64,000 nucleotides of DNA from Octopus sinensis (GCF_006345805.1 NC_043001.1:67766001-67830000), one strand, 5' to 3'; shown: positions 41,197 through 55,398, counted from the stretch's first letter. Made by a program: numbers and translations. Notes: generated by a model not told the origin, from the letters alone.

Positions 41197-43404
41197 CCAA
41201 CCATTAAAAAAAAAAACAAAGGAAGAAGAAAGAAGGAAGGAAACACAACTTGATCTGAGGCAACAAAAGTCTTTCACTATCTGCTGTCGCTTCAGTGGCT
41301 ATAGCATTTCATTCTCTTTCTTCCTGACACACGTCTCTGTGCAAACCCAGCTGCTTTACTTTGTGATATCATCATCGTGGTCGTCGTTGTCTTCGTCCCC
41401 CTCTTCCTCATCATTGTCATCATCATCATCATCATCATCATCTGTCGTTAACCATCTGTTGCTATTTTACGAGATGCAGCTTACAACTAATAATTATAGT
41501 ATTAGTATTAGAAGTAGTGATTGTTGTTCTGTAACCCTAGGCCAGCCTTGATAGACTAGACATATATATATGATCAAAAGACAATTTTATTAGTGATCCC
41601 CAACCCACGTCTCTTCTGAAATAGTCAAAGCAAAATTATCTAAAATACATTTAGTTGAATCCCAATTTGCTTGAAATACATTTCTCTAAATCATATTTTA
41701 TTTAAAGTATATTATTTAAAACAGTTAAAACGCATTTAGTTTTTAGACGGTTATCTAAACTAAATTTTATCTATTTAGTAAAAAGCACGTTGATCTAAAA
41801 CAGTTAAACACATTTAGTTGAATTATATTTATGTAAAACACAGTCAACAAACATTTAGTTAAACGTATTTAAAACACAATTATTAAAATACATTCATCTA
41901 AGACATCTCTCTACCTATTTTATCGTAACCTGAATGTTATTGGGCTGGTCTGTGTTGGTAACCGGTTGAATTGATGGATGAAAGTGTTTCTTGGGTTGCA
42001 TTTAGAAGTAATTGAATAACATCCGCAAACATTTAACAGAAATTTTTTTTATCGCATATAAAGATAAAACCGCGTTGGCCTTTTACAGATGACCTCAGCA
42101 ATAATTACATACTGGGAGAGAGATGCTGCTTGGAATTTACGGCAAGCTATCGATAAGGAAACATGCGGCTTGTCCAACAAATCTGGAAAGAATTGGGCTA
42201 TATTCGTGGTGGCGGACATGTGCCATCTATCTTAACATCTTCCTGGGTAGTCTGGCAGCTAAAAATGCACGCTGGAAGTCAAATTCTAGAATAGGGGACC
42301 GGAAATCAAATTCTAGAATGTTCGAGAAAACTTGTACACGCCATCGCTTCACGCTGATTGATCGTGTGAAACTATGGTGGTTTGCTTGTGATGTCTGACC
42401 GTGTATTCAGTGATTCGATTTCGAATCCGCGTTACAAGGTTTAAAAAAATTGATTTAACAAATTTATTTTAAAACATTTATTCATTTCGTTACGTATTCG
42501 CAAAATTCTTGGTGTAAATTTGTCTTTTTATCTTTAATCCTTTATCATTTACTTGCTTCAGTCACTGAACTGCGGCCATGCTGGAGTACCGTCTTGAAGG
42601 GTTTAGTCGAGCGAATCGACCTGAGAACTTATTAAGCCTAGTACTTATTCTGTCGGTGTTTTGTGCCAAATCGCTAAGGTACGGGGACATAAAGAGACCA
42701 GCAACAGTTGTCAAACTCTGGTAGGGAGCAAACGCAAAAATATATATACATAGGCACAGGAGTGGCTGTGTGGTAAGAAGCTTGCTTCCCAACCACATGG
42801 TTCCGGGTTCAGTCCTACTGCGTGGCACCCTGGGCAAGTGTGTTCTACTATAGCCTCGGGTCGACCGCAGCCTTGTGAGTGGATTTGGTAGACGGAAGCT
42901 GAAAGAATCCCGTCGTATATATATAAAACCAAGAGAACAAATTTCAAAAGCCAGTGTTCATATTCACTCAATATATTTCAAAGCCTCGGAATACTCCATA
43001 GCATACATAGGTGCATTCATACACACAAGATATAGTACAAAAATATATAAATATATATATAAAAATATAGAAATATAAAAATACATAACTGTACTTGCGA
43101 GGTTGTATGTCCGTATTAAAATCACTGAGGATATTAAAATATGCAGATGGTGAATGTATAGCGGTAACCCAAATAGATGAGGAAGCTGGTATAAAATTAT
43201 CTTACAAGGAATCTTGAGCAGGTGCAAAGTCTGACGGCCATTTCGAGAAGATATAGGTTGATATGGGCGAGTAAATTTCAACCATAACAATCATCTACAT
43301 TTCTCTCATCAGAGTTAATCTAAAGGAGTTATTTAAATCTTAAAATTTTAAGCAGCATGAGAGATTTTAGAATTTTTAAAAATCGAATGCTGTGTGGGAA
43401 CATA

Positions 43405-46400
43405 CTGTTCATAATTCTTTTTGCCCACAAGGGGCCAACACAGAGACAATACAAAATACGGGTCGATAAAAACGAATGAATTTTACTAAGAAATGGACAA
43501 CTTAAAAAATTTCTGAAAATATAGCGTATGATTTAAACAAACAAGCCCCGTTCCACCACTGAGATCTTTTAATTTTTCTTTATTCTTTACACTTACGCCT
43601 GGTCATTTATACCCAGCATTCGTGCCACTTTCTTTCATTTTTTGTTATATATCGCAGACGACAGACATCTCCTCTCCAGCCGTATTTTCCTTTTGAGATG
43701 GAAAGTAAAGAAGGTTACTAAACCTTGGTTGGAGATGAAGACGCCTGTCACTACTCCTTTCATTCGAGACTTCCATACTGCTTCTTTCGCCATAGCAATT
43801 ACAACGAGAAAACAAACCTTTCTTCCTTGTTAAAGGAAGACGGCAGAGTAATCTTAATGATTGATTCAGACGACAGTTGTACGCTTCCCATAGCAGCTGT
43901 TCGACATAAATCCACAATTTCGAGTGCAGGACAATTTCTCTGTCCTGCTTACATCTAGGACAAATCTGCGAAGATTGACCTCCATGCCTTGCGAGTTTAT
44001 CACGAACAGGTAAGACTCGTCTGTAACACTGCCAAGCCAGGGACTTTTGGAAATTATCTGAGGATCTTGTCTGGAATGTACGCCGGAACAGTCCGGCTAG
44101 TTGACCATCGCTGAGATCCAGGGCCTCTCCCAGGGTATCATCACACTTTGCCTCTACCAACCCTCTATAGAACGAAACCCTGACCACCGGCGTCACCCGT
44201 GCGAGAGAGACGATGAAAGGCTTGGCTGCATTTGGCCTGCCAAGGCCCTGCTTTCGGTCTACACCTAATCCAAGATTCCAGTCCACTAAAATTAGTGAAC
44301 TTAGGAAAATTTGCCTCGACGAACAGAGACCACACCTATTCCCCATCCAGCTAGAGCCAGAGATGTCTTATCCTCAACGCATGTCTGCGCATCTTTATCC
44401 ACAGCATTCCTAATCCACCCTTTAACAGTTTTTGGCAGCAGATAGAGCGCTTTATTTCTCCCCAACAAAAAGCAGAAGCGTAGTCTCTCCAACTTGTTTA
44501 GCCAAAAATTGGGGCAAGGCACGACGGTTAGGCGGTAGGTAATCACAGATACGATAAGCACATTTGTGACCCAGGGATAGTCACCGCTTAGACCAGGTCT
44601 GAGTTCGGAGGATCACCCTGCTCGTCATCTCGCTCCAGTTCTTCTCTATCTGGAAGTCCGGACCAAACCAAACTCCTAGCATTTTAACCGGGCCCTCCGT
44701 CCAACGCCCCACGACGTTGTTGGGAGGTATCGACTTGCCCTTCCAGGTGCGAGTTGCAAGCCGACTGACTTCTCACGGTTAATTTTTACTCCTGCCACCG
44801 CCTCGTATTCTTTAATGGCCTCACCTATCCTTTGTAGGTGTTTGACCTCGGATACGATGATGGTGATGTCATCCACGAACGCGGATACAAATCTGCCATA
44901 ACTTAGATCTCGCGGGACGCCCTTCATAGCCTCCAACTTCCGCAGCAAGGATTCGAAAGCCAATACGTACAAGAGTGGAGAAAGGGGACATCCTTGCCTG
45001 ACCGAGCGCTTGATGGAGAACGGCTCCGGAAGGAAACCGTTCACCCGAACGATCGAATCGATGTTGCTGTAAAGAGTAGTGATCCAACTAAGAAAGCTGA
45101 GGGGCAGCCCGAATGCCGCAAGGACCGACACCAGATACTGATAGTCAACCCTGTCAAAAGCTTTAGACTGGTCTAAATGGACCAGAGTCCCACCCTTGCC
45201 AGGAATTTTATTCACCTTCTCTATGGTATAGCGTATAAGATTGAGATTGTCCTGGACGATCTGCCGGGAATGGCACTCGTTTGCGCCTTCCCGACGAGTC
45301 CACCCGCGACACGCACCATCTTTTTGCTAGTACCTTGGTCAAAGTCTTCAGTTCTGTGTTTAGCAGAGTGATGATCTGGAAATTATCTACAACGTTCGTC
45401 TTGTTTGGGTCCTTTATTAGCAGTATCATTAACCCCGGCTCACAGACCTGGGTATAAACCAACTCTGCTCCCAGTGGCAAAGTAGGTATCCAAACAAGTC
45501 TGGCATACTATAATATAGCTCGTAAGGAAGGCCATCAAACCTCAGCGACTTGTCCACGCCGCAGTCCGACAAAGCCTCCTCTACCTCCACAGTTGTGATC
45601 GGTCCTTCACAGCTTTTCGATTCCCACCCCGAGAGACACGGCAACCCAGCGAGGAAGTCCGTAAAGTCCCTCCTGCACCCGGTTCACCGCTCCTCCCGAA
45701 AAGCTGAGCGAAATGCTCCTGAAAGACCTTACACATCTCATCGGTTTCGTTTACCAAGTTCTCCTGTTGGCTCGGCAAAGACTTTAGTGACGTTATTGTC
45801 ACGTTGCATCTCTATCACACGGGCCCAGCTGGCCGCCTTAATTCCTCCCTGTCCTATTGCACGCTGCTTTGCCCTGACTATGCACCCTTAGTGTTGTTAG
45901 GAGACTTTAACTCAATCTGCGATGCACGCGTGTATTGTGTTGGCTCGTGTACGGATAGGAGGGGAAACCCGTGACTCCTCGATTTGCTTAGGCATTTTCA
46001 GCTGGAAGATAGGTATAGACTAGAAAACCCGGATCGCTCCATTATGGACATGGATGAATAACGACGAGTCTTCTAGGTCTTATTTAGACAGGTTATTCGT
46101 TAGGAAAATAGATAAAGATTTAGTTAGGTGTCCACAGTTCCATTACGACATCTACAGTGATCGCAAACTTGTGATCTGTAAGTTTGACATAGATAAATTA
46201 TGTAGGTAAGGTCCCGGCTACTGGAAACTTAACAAGTCCTTGTAGCAGATGAGGAGTACAGGAGTCGGATTAGGTTGCTAGTGATGAGGGCATTATAAAC
46301 AACAATTAGTGGTATGCCCTCAAAAGTTCGAGTCCATTAGATATAGCAAAGCATTAGTCGCTAAGAAAAATAGAATAGAAAGGAACTTAACTAAGGATTT

Positions 46401-47655
46401 TCAAGAGGCACTGAGGTCTGGCTCTGCACCCCACGTGTTTAGCTTCGAGGTTTTGGTTGAGAACCAATCTCGCCACTAAAACTCGGGATGCAGAGCCAGA
46501 CCTCAGTGCCTCTTGAAAATCTAAACCCAGATTTTTCTTCAACAGAACTGCGACACCCCTCCCCCTTCCAGGTTGGCCTGGAGATATAAATTTCTCATAG
46601 CCGTTTAGGAGGGAGAAAAGCCTCTCGATCCATTCAGCCAAGTTTCTGTAACTACAATCACATCCAATGTATGCTACCTGAGGTCATTGAGGAAACGCCC
46701 TTGTTTCCAATTCGACCTCAGGCCACGAACATTTAAACATCTTACGTTAAGTGTAAACGTGAAGAAAACTCTTACCTTGGATGGAGATGGGCTAACGCTC
46801 ATCTCGTTATATTTAATTTGGGGCTTGTGAGGTCTCTATGACGAGGCCCTCATAAATTCGAAGAAAAAAATCTTTCTTCAGAGGGCCTACGTAATCTTGG
46901 AACTCCTTTTTAAGTTCCAAAAGTTTGCGCTGTCAATTTGGTATTTAACAATATGTTTGGGGGTGTTCATCGGATGTTGTATTGCAGTGTGAATTGTTTT
47001 TATTTTTGTTATTAATTTTTTGTTGTTGGTGTTAATGGCCATTAAGTTCGTGTCGGGGTTTGAGGTCGGGCGGGTATTAGGTCTTGGGGTTTTCTTTTTC
47101 GGGGTACTAGGGCTTGCGGGGGAGATTTTTCCTTTTGCCTTTTACTACAGTCCAATTACGGATGTCTTCTTCCTCCTCCGCCAGGGATGTTGTTGGTGTT
47201 GTTGTTGGTGGTGCTGGAGGCTTTGCTGCCTCAGACGTCGTGGTTGTAGCCGGTGTTAGTTGGAGCTGCTGCCTTGGCTTTTGTTGTGTTTCCGGAAGCA
47301 GGTGGAGCATCGTTGCCTTCTAGGGAGGAGGAGTGCACTTGGCCCTGATGTGACCTTTCTGGCCACATTTGTAGCACCGCGGCTTCCCCCCACGACATTC
47401 ACCTGTAGCTTACTCCCCCCACCACCTATACAGTATCGATAATTCCTTCCAGGTCCTCTGCCAATTCTGCTGTTCCAAAACGGTTGCTTGGAAGATGTTG
47501 ATTTTATCCCCCAAGCCCACCGTTATTGCTGCGCGAACAGGCAGCGTTCATTTTGGGTGGGATCTCTCCCAACCTTATCTTGAAGGTACGCCCGCCCATA
47601 TATGTTGGCAGGAGTACCACCCCTGTCGTTTTTAAAGTTTCTGTAGAGTGCTGCC
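43405..47655 (-). mobile_element. Tx1/L1-clade LINE, near full length, decayed and internally rearranged
   Basis: ORF1 zinc knuckle CYKCGQKGHIRAKC at 47376-47335. ORF2 starts at 46802 (LNVRCLNVRGL, APE). The APE second half (PLVLLGDFN...GPGYWKLNKSL) is inverted onto the plus strand at 45881-46428. RT motifs LDQSKAFDRV, SVRQGCPLSPLLYVLAFE and FVDDIT. C-terminal CPRC. The 5' end is cut by a SINE. Confidence 0.9.
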
Positions 47656-48190
47656 TGGCTTGACAATCGATGTTGCTGTGTTTACGTTTCCGTCACTTAG
47701 CGGTTCGGCAAAAAGAGACCGATAGGATAAGTATTAGGCTTACAGAGAATAAGCCCTGGGGTCGGTTTCTTCAACTAAAGGCGATGCTCCAGCATGGCCG
47801 CAGTCAAATGACTGAAACAAGTAAAAGAATAAAAGAAAAAATACACGAGTGTCAAACTAATACACCTACTCGTTGTTCTCTTACCTGTCTTCGTTTTTGC
47901 TTTCTGTGAATTTGAACTACACACACACACACACGTATATAAAGGGGTAAAGACCCCCTTCGGTCATGAATGACCATGGGTTTGCACCTAGAAAGTTACC
48001 CTCCTAGACACAAGTCTGGGCAAGGTTGTTTATGGAAGACCAGCAGTCGCCCATGCATACCAGCCTCCCCTCTCCACGCCACCAGTGTTATCCAAGGGAA
48101 AGACAAAGGTCGATACAGCTTGGCACCAGTGACGTCGCAACTCATTTCTACAGCTGAGTGAACTGGAGCAACGTGAAATAAAGTGCCTTG

Positions 48191-48234
<44 letters not shown>

Positions 48235-49548
48235 GACGGGGTTCTTTCAGTTTCCGTCTATCAAATATCTACTAACAAGGTTTTGATCAGCCCGGGACTT
48301 TAGTTGAAGCAACTAGTCCAAGATGCCACGCAGTGGGACTGAGCCCAGAACCATGTGGTTGGGAAGCAAGCATCTTATCACACACAGCCGCTTCTGCATT
48401 TAATACAAAAAAGTAAATGAATGGTTTGATGTAAAAAACTATCACAAAGTCCAAGCAATATAATGGTTTCTGATTTAGACAAAATGCCAACAATTTTGAA
48501 GGGAAAGTATTTGTCGATACAACCTACTCCAGTACTGATGGGTACTTCATTTTTTATCGATCCTCGAGGGATGAAAGGCAAAGATGACCTCGGAAGGATT
48601 TGAACACCAACGTAAAAAAACTAGGGTAAAAATACTGAAAGGTATTGTTTCTGATTTTCTAATAATTCCGCTACTTCACCTAAAAGATGTTAAAGTTACG
48701 ATACATACAAGGTTTTAACATCAATAGTAGTAGTTAATTTACCCCCCCCCCAAAAAAAAACCCAGCAGCAACGAAAGTAGAATTAGCCATTTGGCGTCAT
48801 TGTCCATTCCATAAACTGAAAACAAAAAAACTGCAAAGAGAATTTAACGAACATACGCTAAAAATCTATTACATTGTATGAAGACATATTACACATAAAC
48901 ACAACATATAAAACTACTTCCTTTATTTATAACCAAGTCGGCCACATAAATCTGTCATTACTTGGCTTAGTTTATGATGAATCACATTGCGACTTGTAGG
49001 GGAGGAGTTTCTCCGTTGGTATACCACCTCATATAGCAATGGTTTCAAATTTTGCCACAAGGGCAGCGTTCAACTGGTACTTACTTTATCGATCTGGAAA
49101 GGGTGAAAGGCAAAGTTGATATCGGCGGAATTTGAAACCACCGCGTATTATAATAACAACAATAATAATGATTTCAAATTTTGGGCTCAAGGCCAATAAT
49201 TCCGATGGTGAGCCGCTAAGCATTCGTTCGCTAAGCATTTCGTTCATTAGATTCTGCCAGCTCACAGTAAATATCCAGTGAAATAACAGCCTCCACAACA
49301 TGTACTTTACAGGCCAGATACCCGACAGAAGACCACAACTCGCATTACACACACAGCACGCAATACAAACACTTACACCGCAAAAGACTACAACCAACTT
49401 CCATAACAAAACAAACGGAAGCAATACAGTACCGGGAAGAGTTTGCTCTCCCCAACAACAAAAAAGAACACATAATGCCGCACACACCTCAGCAACATGA
49501 TGTAGTGGAAACCTGCCTGAAACTATCAAATGTCGAATAATAATAATA

Positions 49549-49587
<39 letters not shown>

Positions 49588-51309
49588 AACAACAACAATA
49601 ATAATGAATATTCAAGTGTCCTAGAAAGACATTCACTTAATCAATAAGTCATAGTCTTGTCATTTGTAATTATTTAAAATTGTTAAAATTATTCATCTTT
49701 TTTTTTCTTCCTTCATTGATTAATTCTCAACTATCGGGATGGTCTTCTTCAATCTACAAATGTAGCAAATTGTCTCTCGCATTTCTACGAATACATTTTT
49801 ATTGCGTTATTTTACACTTTATTGTATTTTATTGCAAGGAATGTGTATTGTTTTACTACAGTAAAGAACAAAAAAAACCCACACTAAAGGAGCAATTCAG
49901 ATGTTCATTACAATTGTTCGTGTTGCCTGGTGAAGCCTTTTCATTGTATCACACGGTTTTCCTCCTGCCCCGACAACAGAAGCGTTACTTCTGCGACAGT
50001 CTTTGTTCTTTTATCAAATTGATTTACAGGAGCAACTGATACATCAAACTCTACACCGAATTATTTCGATACAACACGATATGGTCATGTGGTTCAGATG
50101 TTTGATCCATTACCATTTGGTACCAAATTCGATCTTAGTGCATGCCTCTTTGAGAAAATGATATGTGCCATAACTGACGCAAGCCTTCTAAGTGATATGG
50201 AGTACCCGGAAATTTTGTAGTAAATTGTCGGAAAGACTTTACCCCAAATTAAGTGACTGACTTAACATGTCGCCCGGCCGAACCCAACATTTGGTCCTTA
50301 GATGCCTTATCAGAGTTTTATAAGGATTTGAATTAAGTCTCCACTCTGAGGAAACTCATTCCTTTTGTCACAGCAGTACGGGGACATTTACAAATGTCTT
50401 GATTGCTGTTGTTCCTTCCTAGATAAAGCTACAAGGCACACATGTATCAGGGTAACTGCAGTATGTTAGAAGTAAATGTTATATATCATATAGTTTCATC
50501 TATCTAGCTTTGGATCGTGCACTTTGTCTCTAGATTTCTACCATAATAGCAATATGTTGGTTTTTAGCGAGTTGGATGAAAAATATTAGTTATAATGAAT
50601 TTAGATTTCAAATCAAGTTCCATAAACTAAAGTCCGTTTAAGTTGCACCCACCTATCCCATTTCTTCCAATGATATTTGGCAAGATTACGTGGCTCCTTT
50701 TGATACAAGAATCAAAACCCTCAAGTATCCTCGGAATTAACAAACTTTACGGTTAGGGCTAGCGATTCATAGATATGTATTCTTTATCATTTACAAAAGC
50801 TGGAACATAAACACCAATGGCATTGAAATGTTAATTATTTAAGAAACAGATTGAGAATATTGAACTTTTTTTTTACCAAAATTAAAACCAATTCCATGCA
50901 TGCCTAATTTAAGATAGCCCTCTTACTCCAAAATAATTTAAACCTTCACCATTCTTAATTAGGTTATCCTCACCAATTCTGGTTTTACTTAGATCCGTAA
51001 TGTCTACAATGGAATTTCCAAGTTCGCATACAATGAGGGCTGCTCATTGTTCAGATCTTTCAGACAATTTATTCCAATTTCCAGTAGTTAAGGATATTCT
51101 TCTTTTTGCTTTATTGTTATGTCCGTTAAGGGTGTATCTTCTGGGCGTGCGTTCTCTTTTGAGATAGAGCTGAGGTTGGCAATGTGTAAGTAACCTTATC
51201 TATCCAAGGGAAACGTTCTAGTATAAGTTCTGAGTTAGAGACTTCTAGAGTATATCAACTTCTTGTCCCTGCCTCCCGTTCCTTATCACTGCTGGAATGA
51301 ATATAGAAA

Positions 51310-51311
<2 letters not shown>

Positions 51312-51369
<58 letters not shown>

Positions 51370-51396
51370 TCACTCACTCACACACACACACACTCA

Positions 51397-51440
<44 letters not shown>

Positions 51441-51712
51441 TATATATACACACACACACGCGCGCATACATACACTTTAATATTATCTGGGTAACAACCT
51501 TATAGCGTGCTTTCGAAAGCTTCTCTTCGGGTATTGCCCACCAGATGCTATCATGCAATAGGACCTCTCCTTTTATCTGGATACACATATGGAAATCCGC
51601 GTAGTTTCCGTCAACCCAATTTCGCCACAGGTCTTGGTCACCTCGGAGGTATAGCAGAAGACACTTGCTCAAGGAACCACGCAGTGGAACTGAACTCGAA
51701 ACCACACACACA

Positions 51713-51775
<63 letters not shown>
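51312..51775. repeat. (CA)n/(CTCA)n microsatellites flanking a SINE A head
   Basis: Direct reading. Confidence 0.9.
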
Positions 51776-51778
<3 letters not shown>

Positions 51779-52351
51779 GGAAGCAACTACTCATGGAACG
51801 GTAATGTAAACTAGATGAATATACTACGGCCACTTGTAGCGTTGATTATCAGGCACCGTATGAGACAATACTGGGCCTTCCATGTCCAGTCACAGACTTT
51901 TCGAAGGGTTTCCATACACTTCTCTTCTACTTCATATCACCCACATTCATTGGGAAGACCTCAAAAACACTTGGACAAAAACGCCGCGTAAGGATATTAC
52001 AGAACACGGAACTTCGTCAATACGAAGAGATAGCATGCACATTCCGTTCCCCAGTCTGTCTGTCTCTCATTTTCTCCCCTTCTCTCACTCTCTCTCTTTC
52101 TCTCTCTCCCTCTCTGATCCACGTAACGAAATACGAATCCACTCGGTTCCGATAATAACAAAAGCAATAGCACCCCATCACCATCATCGTCATCATCAAC
52201 AACAACAACAACAACAACAACACAAGCAACATGTATATATGCCCCCCCCCCTACAATCTTTATCACTCCCCTGTGTTTCTCTCCCCCTCTCTCTCCTATA
52301 ATGTCAACTTTCTATTTTGTCATTGCTTCACACTCTGCCTCTTTCTTCACT

Positions 52352-52399
<48 letters not shown>

Positions 52400-52760
52400 A
52401 TAATGTCTTTTCATGTCCTCGCAGTCAGTCTTCCAGCTCTCACCACTTTCAACCTAGTTTTTCTACTCCCCCTCTTTCTTCCTTTCTACGATGTTTGTTT
52501 TCTCGTTTGCTATGATGTCATTATGACGTCATTCGATCAGTCGCTGATCACACCGTACACACGCACCGAAACATCACTGAAAACTTCACCTCACCACGCA
52601 AGTAATAATATATTGATGTATGTATATGTATGTGTGTATGTCTGTGTGTGTGAGCGACTCTGTGTGTGTAGCGTGTGAGTGTGGGAGTATAACTGTGTAT
52701 GTATTACATTTGCGTGTAGGGACGTATGTGAATGTATGTTGTACATACACTCGTATGTAT

Positions 52761-52832
<72 letters not shown>

Positions 52833-52864
52833 TTTGTATGAATACGCACACATTTATATATATA

Positions 52865-53255
52865 GGCGCAGGAGTGACTGCGTGGTAAGAAGCTTGCTTC
52901 CCAACCATATGGTTCTGGGTTCACTTCCACTGCGTGGTACCTTGGGTAAGTGTCTTCTACTATAGCCACTGGCCGACCAAAGCCTTGAGAGTGGATTTGG
53001 TAGACGGAAACTGAAAGAAGCCCCTCGAATATATGTGTATATATGTATGTATTTGTGTGTCTGTGTTTGTCCCCCCCCCATCGCTTGACAATCGATGTTG
53101 GTGTACTTAAATCCCCGTAAGCTTGCGGTTCGGGAAAAGAGACCGATAGAATAAGTGCTAGGCTTATAAAGAACAAGTCCTGGGGTTAATTTGCTAGACT
53201 AAAGGTGGTGCTCCAGCACGGCCGCAGTCAAATGACTGAAACAAGCAGAACAATA
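52865..53255 (+). mobile_element. tRNA-derived SINE family A, full length
   Basis: Head ggagtgactgcgtggtaag through tail cagtcaaatgactgaaacaag. Other copies or halves lie near 3040, 10545, 12925, 20945, 21835, 33890, 36551(-), 38500(-), 39765(-), 40520(-), 42545(-), 42753, 47655, 48235(-), 51590(-) and 53485. Confidence 0.88.
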
Positions 53256-53317
53256 AAAGAATATATATATGTATATATACATATATATATTTGTTTGAAT
53301 ATATGTGTGTGTGTGTG

Positions 53318-53369
<52 letters not shown>

Positions 53370-53916
53370 GACATATATGTGTGTATATGTATATACATAT
53401 AGACATATATGTGTGTGTATATATATATATACATATAGACATATATGTGTATATATATATATATACAAATGTATATATATAGAGGTCAATTTGCTCGACT
53501 AAAAATGCGGTGCTCCAGCGTGGCCGCAGTCAAATGACTGAATCAAGTAAAAGAGTGAAGAGTATATGTGTGTGTATGTGTGTACATATATATGCATATA
53601 CACGCATATACAAATACACATTAGCATACATACATACATACATACATACATACATACATGTCTGCAGACAGACATATGTACATACGTGTATATATGTATC
53701 TATAAAGTCAAGTTAACACTCGTGAAACTATCTATTTGACTACATCTGTAGTTGCAGACATTTATAAGCCAACAATGGCAATACACACGGCAATTATAAG
53801 TCTATAGGAATACTATATAAATACACGCTCTCTAGCGTTGAGAGAAAGCGATACAAAGACACAGAGGGAGATTGATGTATACACAGTAAAGGAGTGAGAG
53901 AGTGAGAGATTGAGAG

Positions 53917-53957
<41 letters not shown>

Positions 53958-53992
53958 AGAGATAGAGAGAGAAGAGAGAGAGAGAGAGGAAA

Positions 53993-54026
<34 letters not shown>

Positions 54027-54182
54027 AAGAAGAAGAGAGAGAGGGAGAGAGAGAGAGAAAGAAGAAGAGAGAGAGGGAGAGAGAGAGACAGGGAGAAGCA
54101 ACAAACCAGTTTTTGTGATATACTGGAACTCATCAAAGTTACATGCATATATAAATATAGCAGGCGGAGTTTCCTCTTTGTC

Positions 54183-54250
54183 GTTGCCATGGTATTTAAA
54201 GCTCACTTATGACGTAGGCAGCGATCTCCCGACTTCGCTCTCGGCCAATA
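54183..54250. promoter_or_regulatory. Candidate promoter/enhancer motif cluster (X-box-like, TATA-like, CRE-like, CCAAT)
   Basis: GTTGCCATGGTA at 54183-54194, TATTTAAA at 54193-54200, TGACGTAG at 54210-54217, GGCCAATAA at 54243-54251, in CpG-retaining unique sequence between GA/CT tracts. Confidence 0.35.
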
Positions 54251-54336
54251 ATTATTTGCTTATTTTTTTTTACATGTTTTGCTAAGCATATACACCCACT
54301 TCTGTACCCATTTCACCAATCTAAACACACACACAA

Positions 54337-54396
<60 letters not shown>

Positions 54397-55398
54397 CACA
54401 CAGGCTCTCACAAACACACACACGAATATAGACACATTTTCATGTGATTGTCTTATTTGTTCTAGATAAAACTTCAAAACTTACCATAGCGATGGTCTCT
54501 ATACGTCGGCTTTGGATTACCTCGTCCCCACCTCACCCCACTCAGTCAGCCCAAGTCCCACATTAACCCATTATGTCCAAGCCTCCTTGTACCCCAGAAC
54601 TGAAATTCTCTTACTTTACGTCTTTTCTTCACTTCTTGGAACCGTTTAAGCGAGGCATAACGGTTACGCTCACCGGTTACAGTAGGTCCTGTGAAAGCTA
54701 TGGGAACAGAACAGCCATCTCCCTTCAGACCTAGCAGCATATATTTAATCTCAGTGTAAAGCTGTTATGTAACGTTGGGGAGGCTTGCTTTGTCTTTCAT
54801 TAAAGCTTCTTCAGGTTTAGCTTATTTCTTGCCAGCTACTGAGAGAAAGCAGAGACATCAACTCTTATGGAAAATATATTCAAAATCAGAACAAACCTTA
54901 TCCTATTTATACTGCAACGTTGTAAAGTTGGATGTAGATTAACTGAGGCACTGACACAGTGTATTTGCGGCAAAAAAAAAAAAAGGAAAAAAGAAAAGGT
55001 GCGCATGTGTCCTTAGTAGTGCTATGGGAATGTGATTGGGTGTAACATTGATCTTGTATGTATTTTCCATACATATTAATATCAGCCCATTCTCTCAGCT
55101 GCTGGGACAAAAGAATCCTGCCGAGACTTTATTTTACTCAACAATTCTTTTATATATTTAGATCTATACAGTCATACATTTATGTACACATTCTTTTATC
55201 AATGGTTTAAAATTTTGGCATAAGGCCAGCAAGCTCGGCGGAGGGTGTAAGTCGATTACATCGACCACAGTGCTCAACTGGCACTTATTTTATAGACCCC
55301 GAAAGGATGAAAGGCAAAGTCGACCCCGGTGGAATTTCAACTCAAAACATAAAGACGGTCGAAATGCCACTAAGCATTTTTCCAGTGTGTTAATGATG

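Noticed and set aside
43306-43312. CTGATGA on the minus strand with a later GAAA
   Set aside because: Stem II has at most 2 bp, and stems I and III do not form.
51882-52301. ORF with HHHHRHHQQQQQQQQ resembling a transcription-factor low-complexity region
   Set aside because: Built from (CAT)n/(CAA)n and CT microsatellites, with no splice-supported exon or domain.
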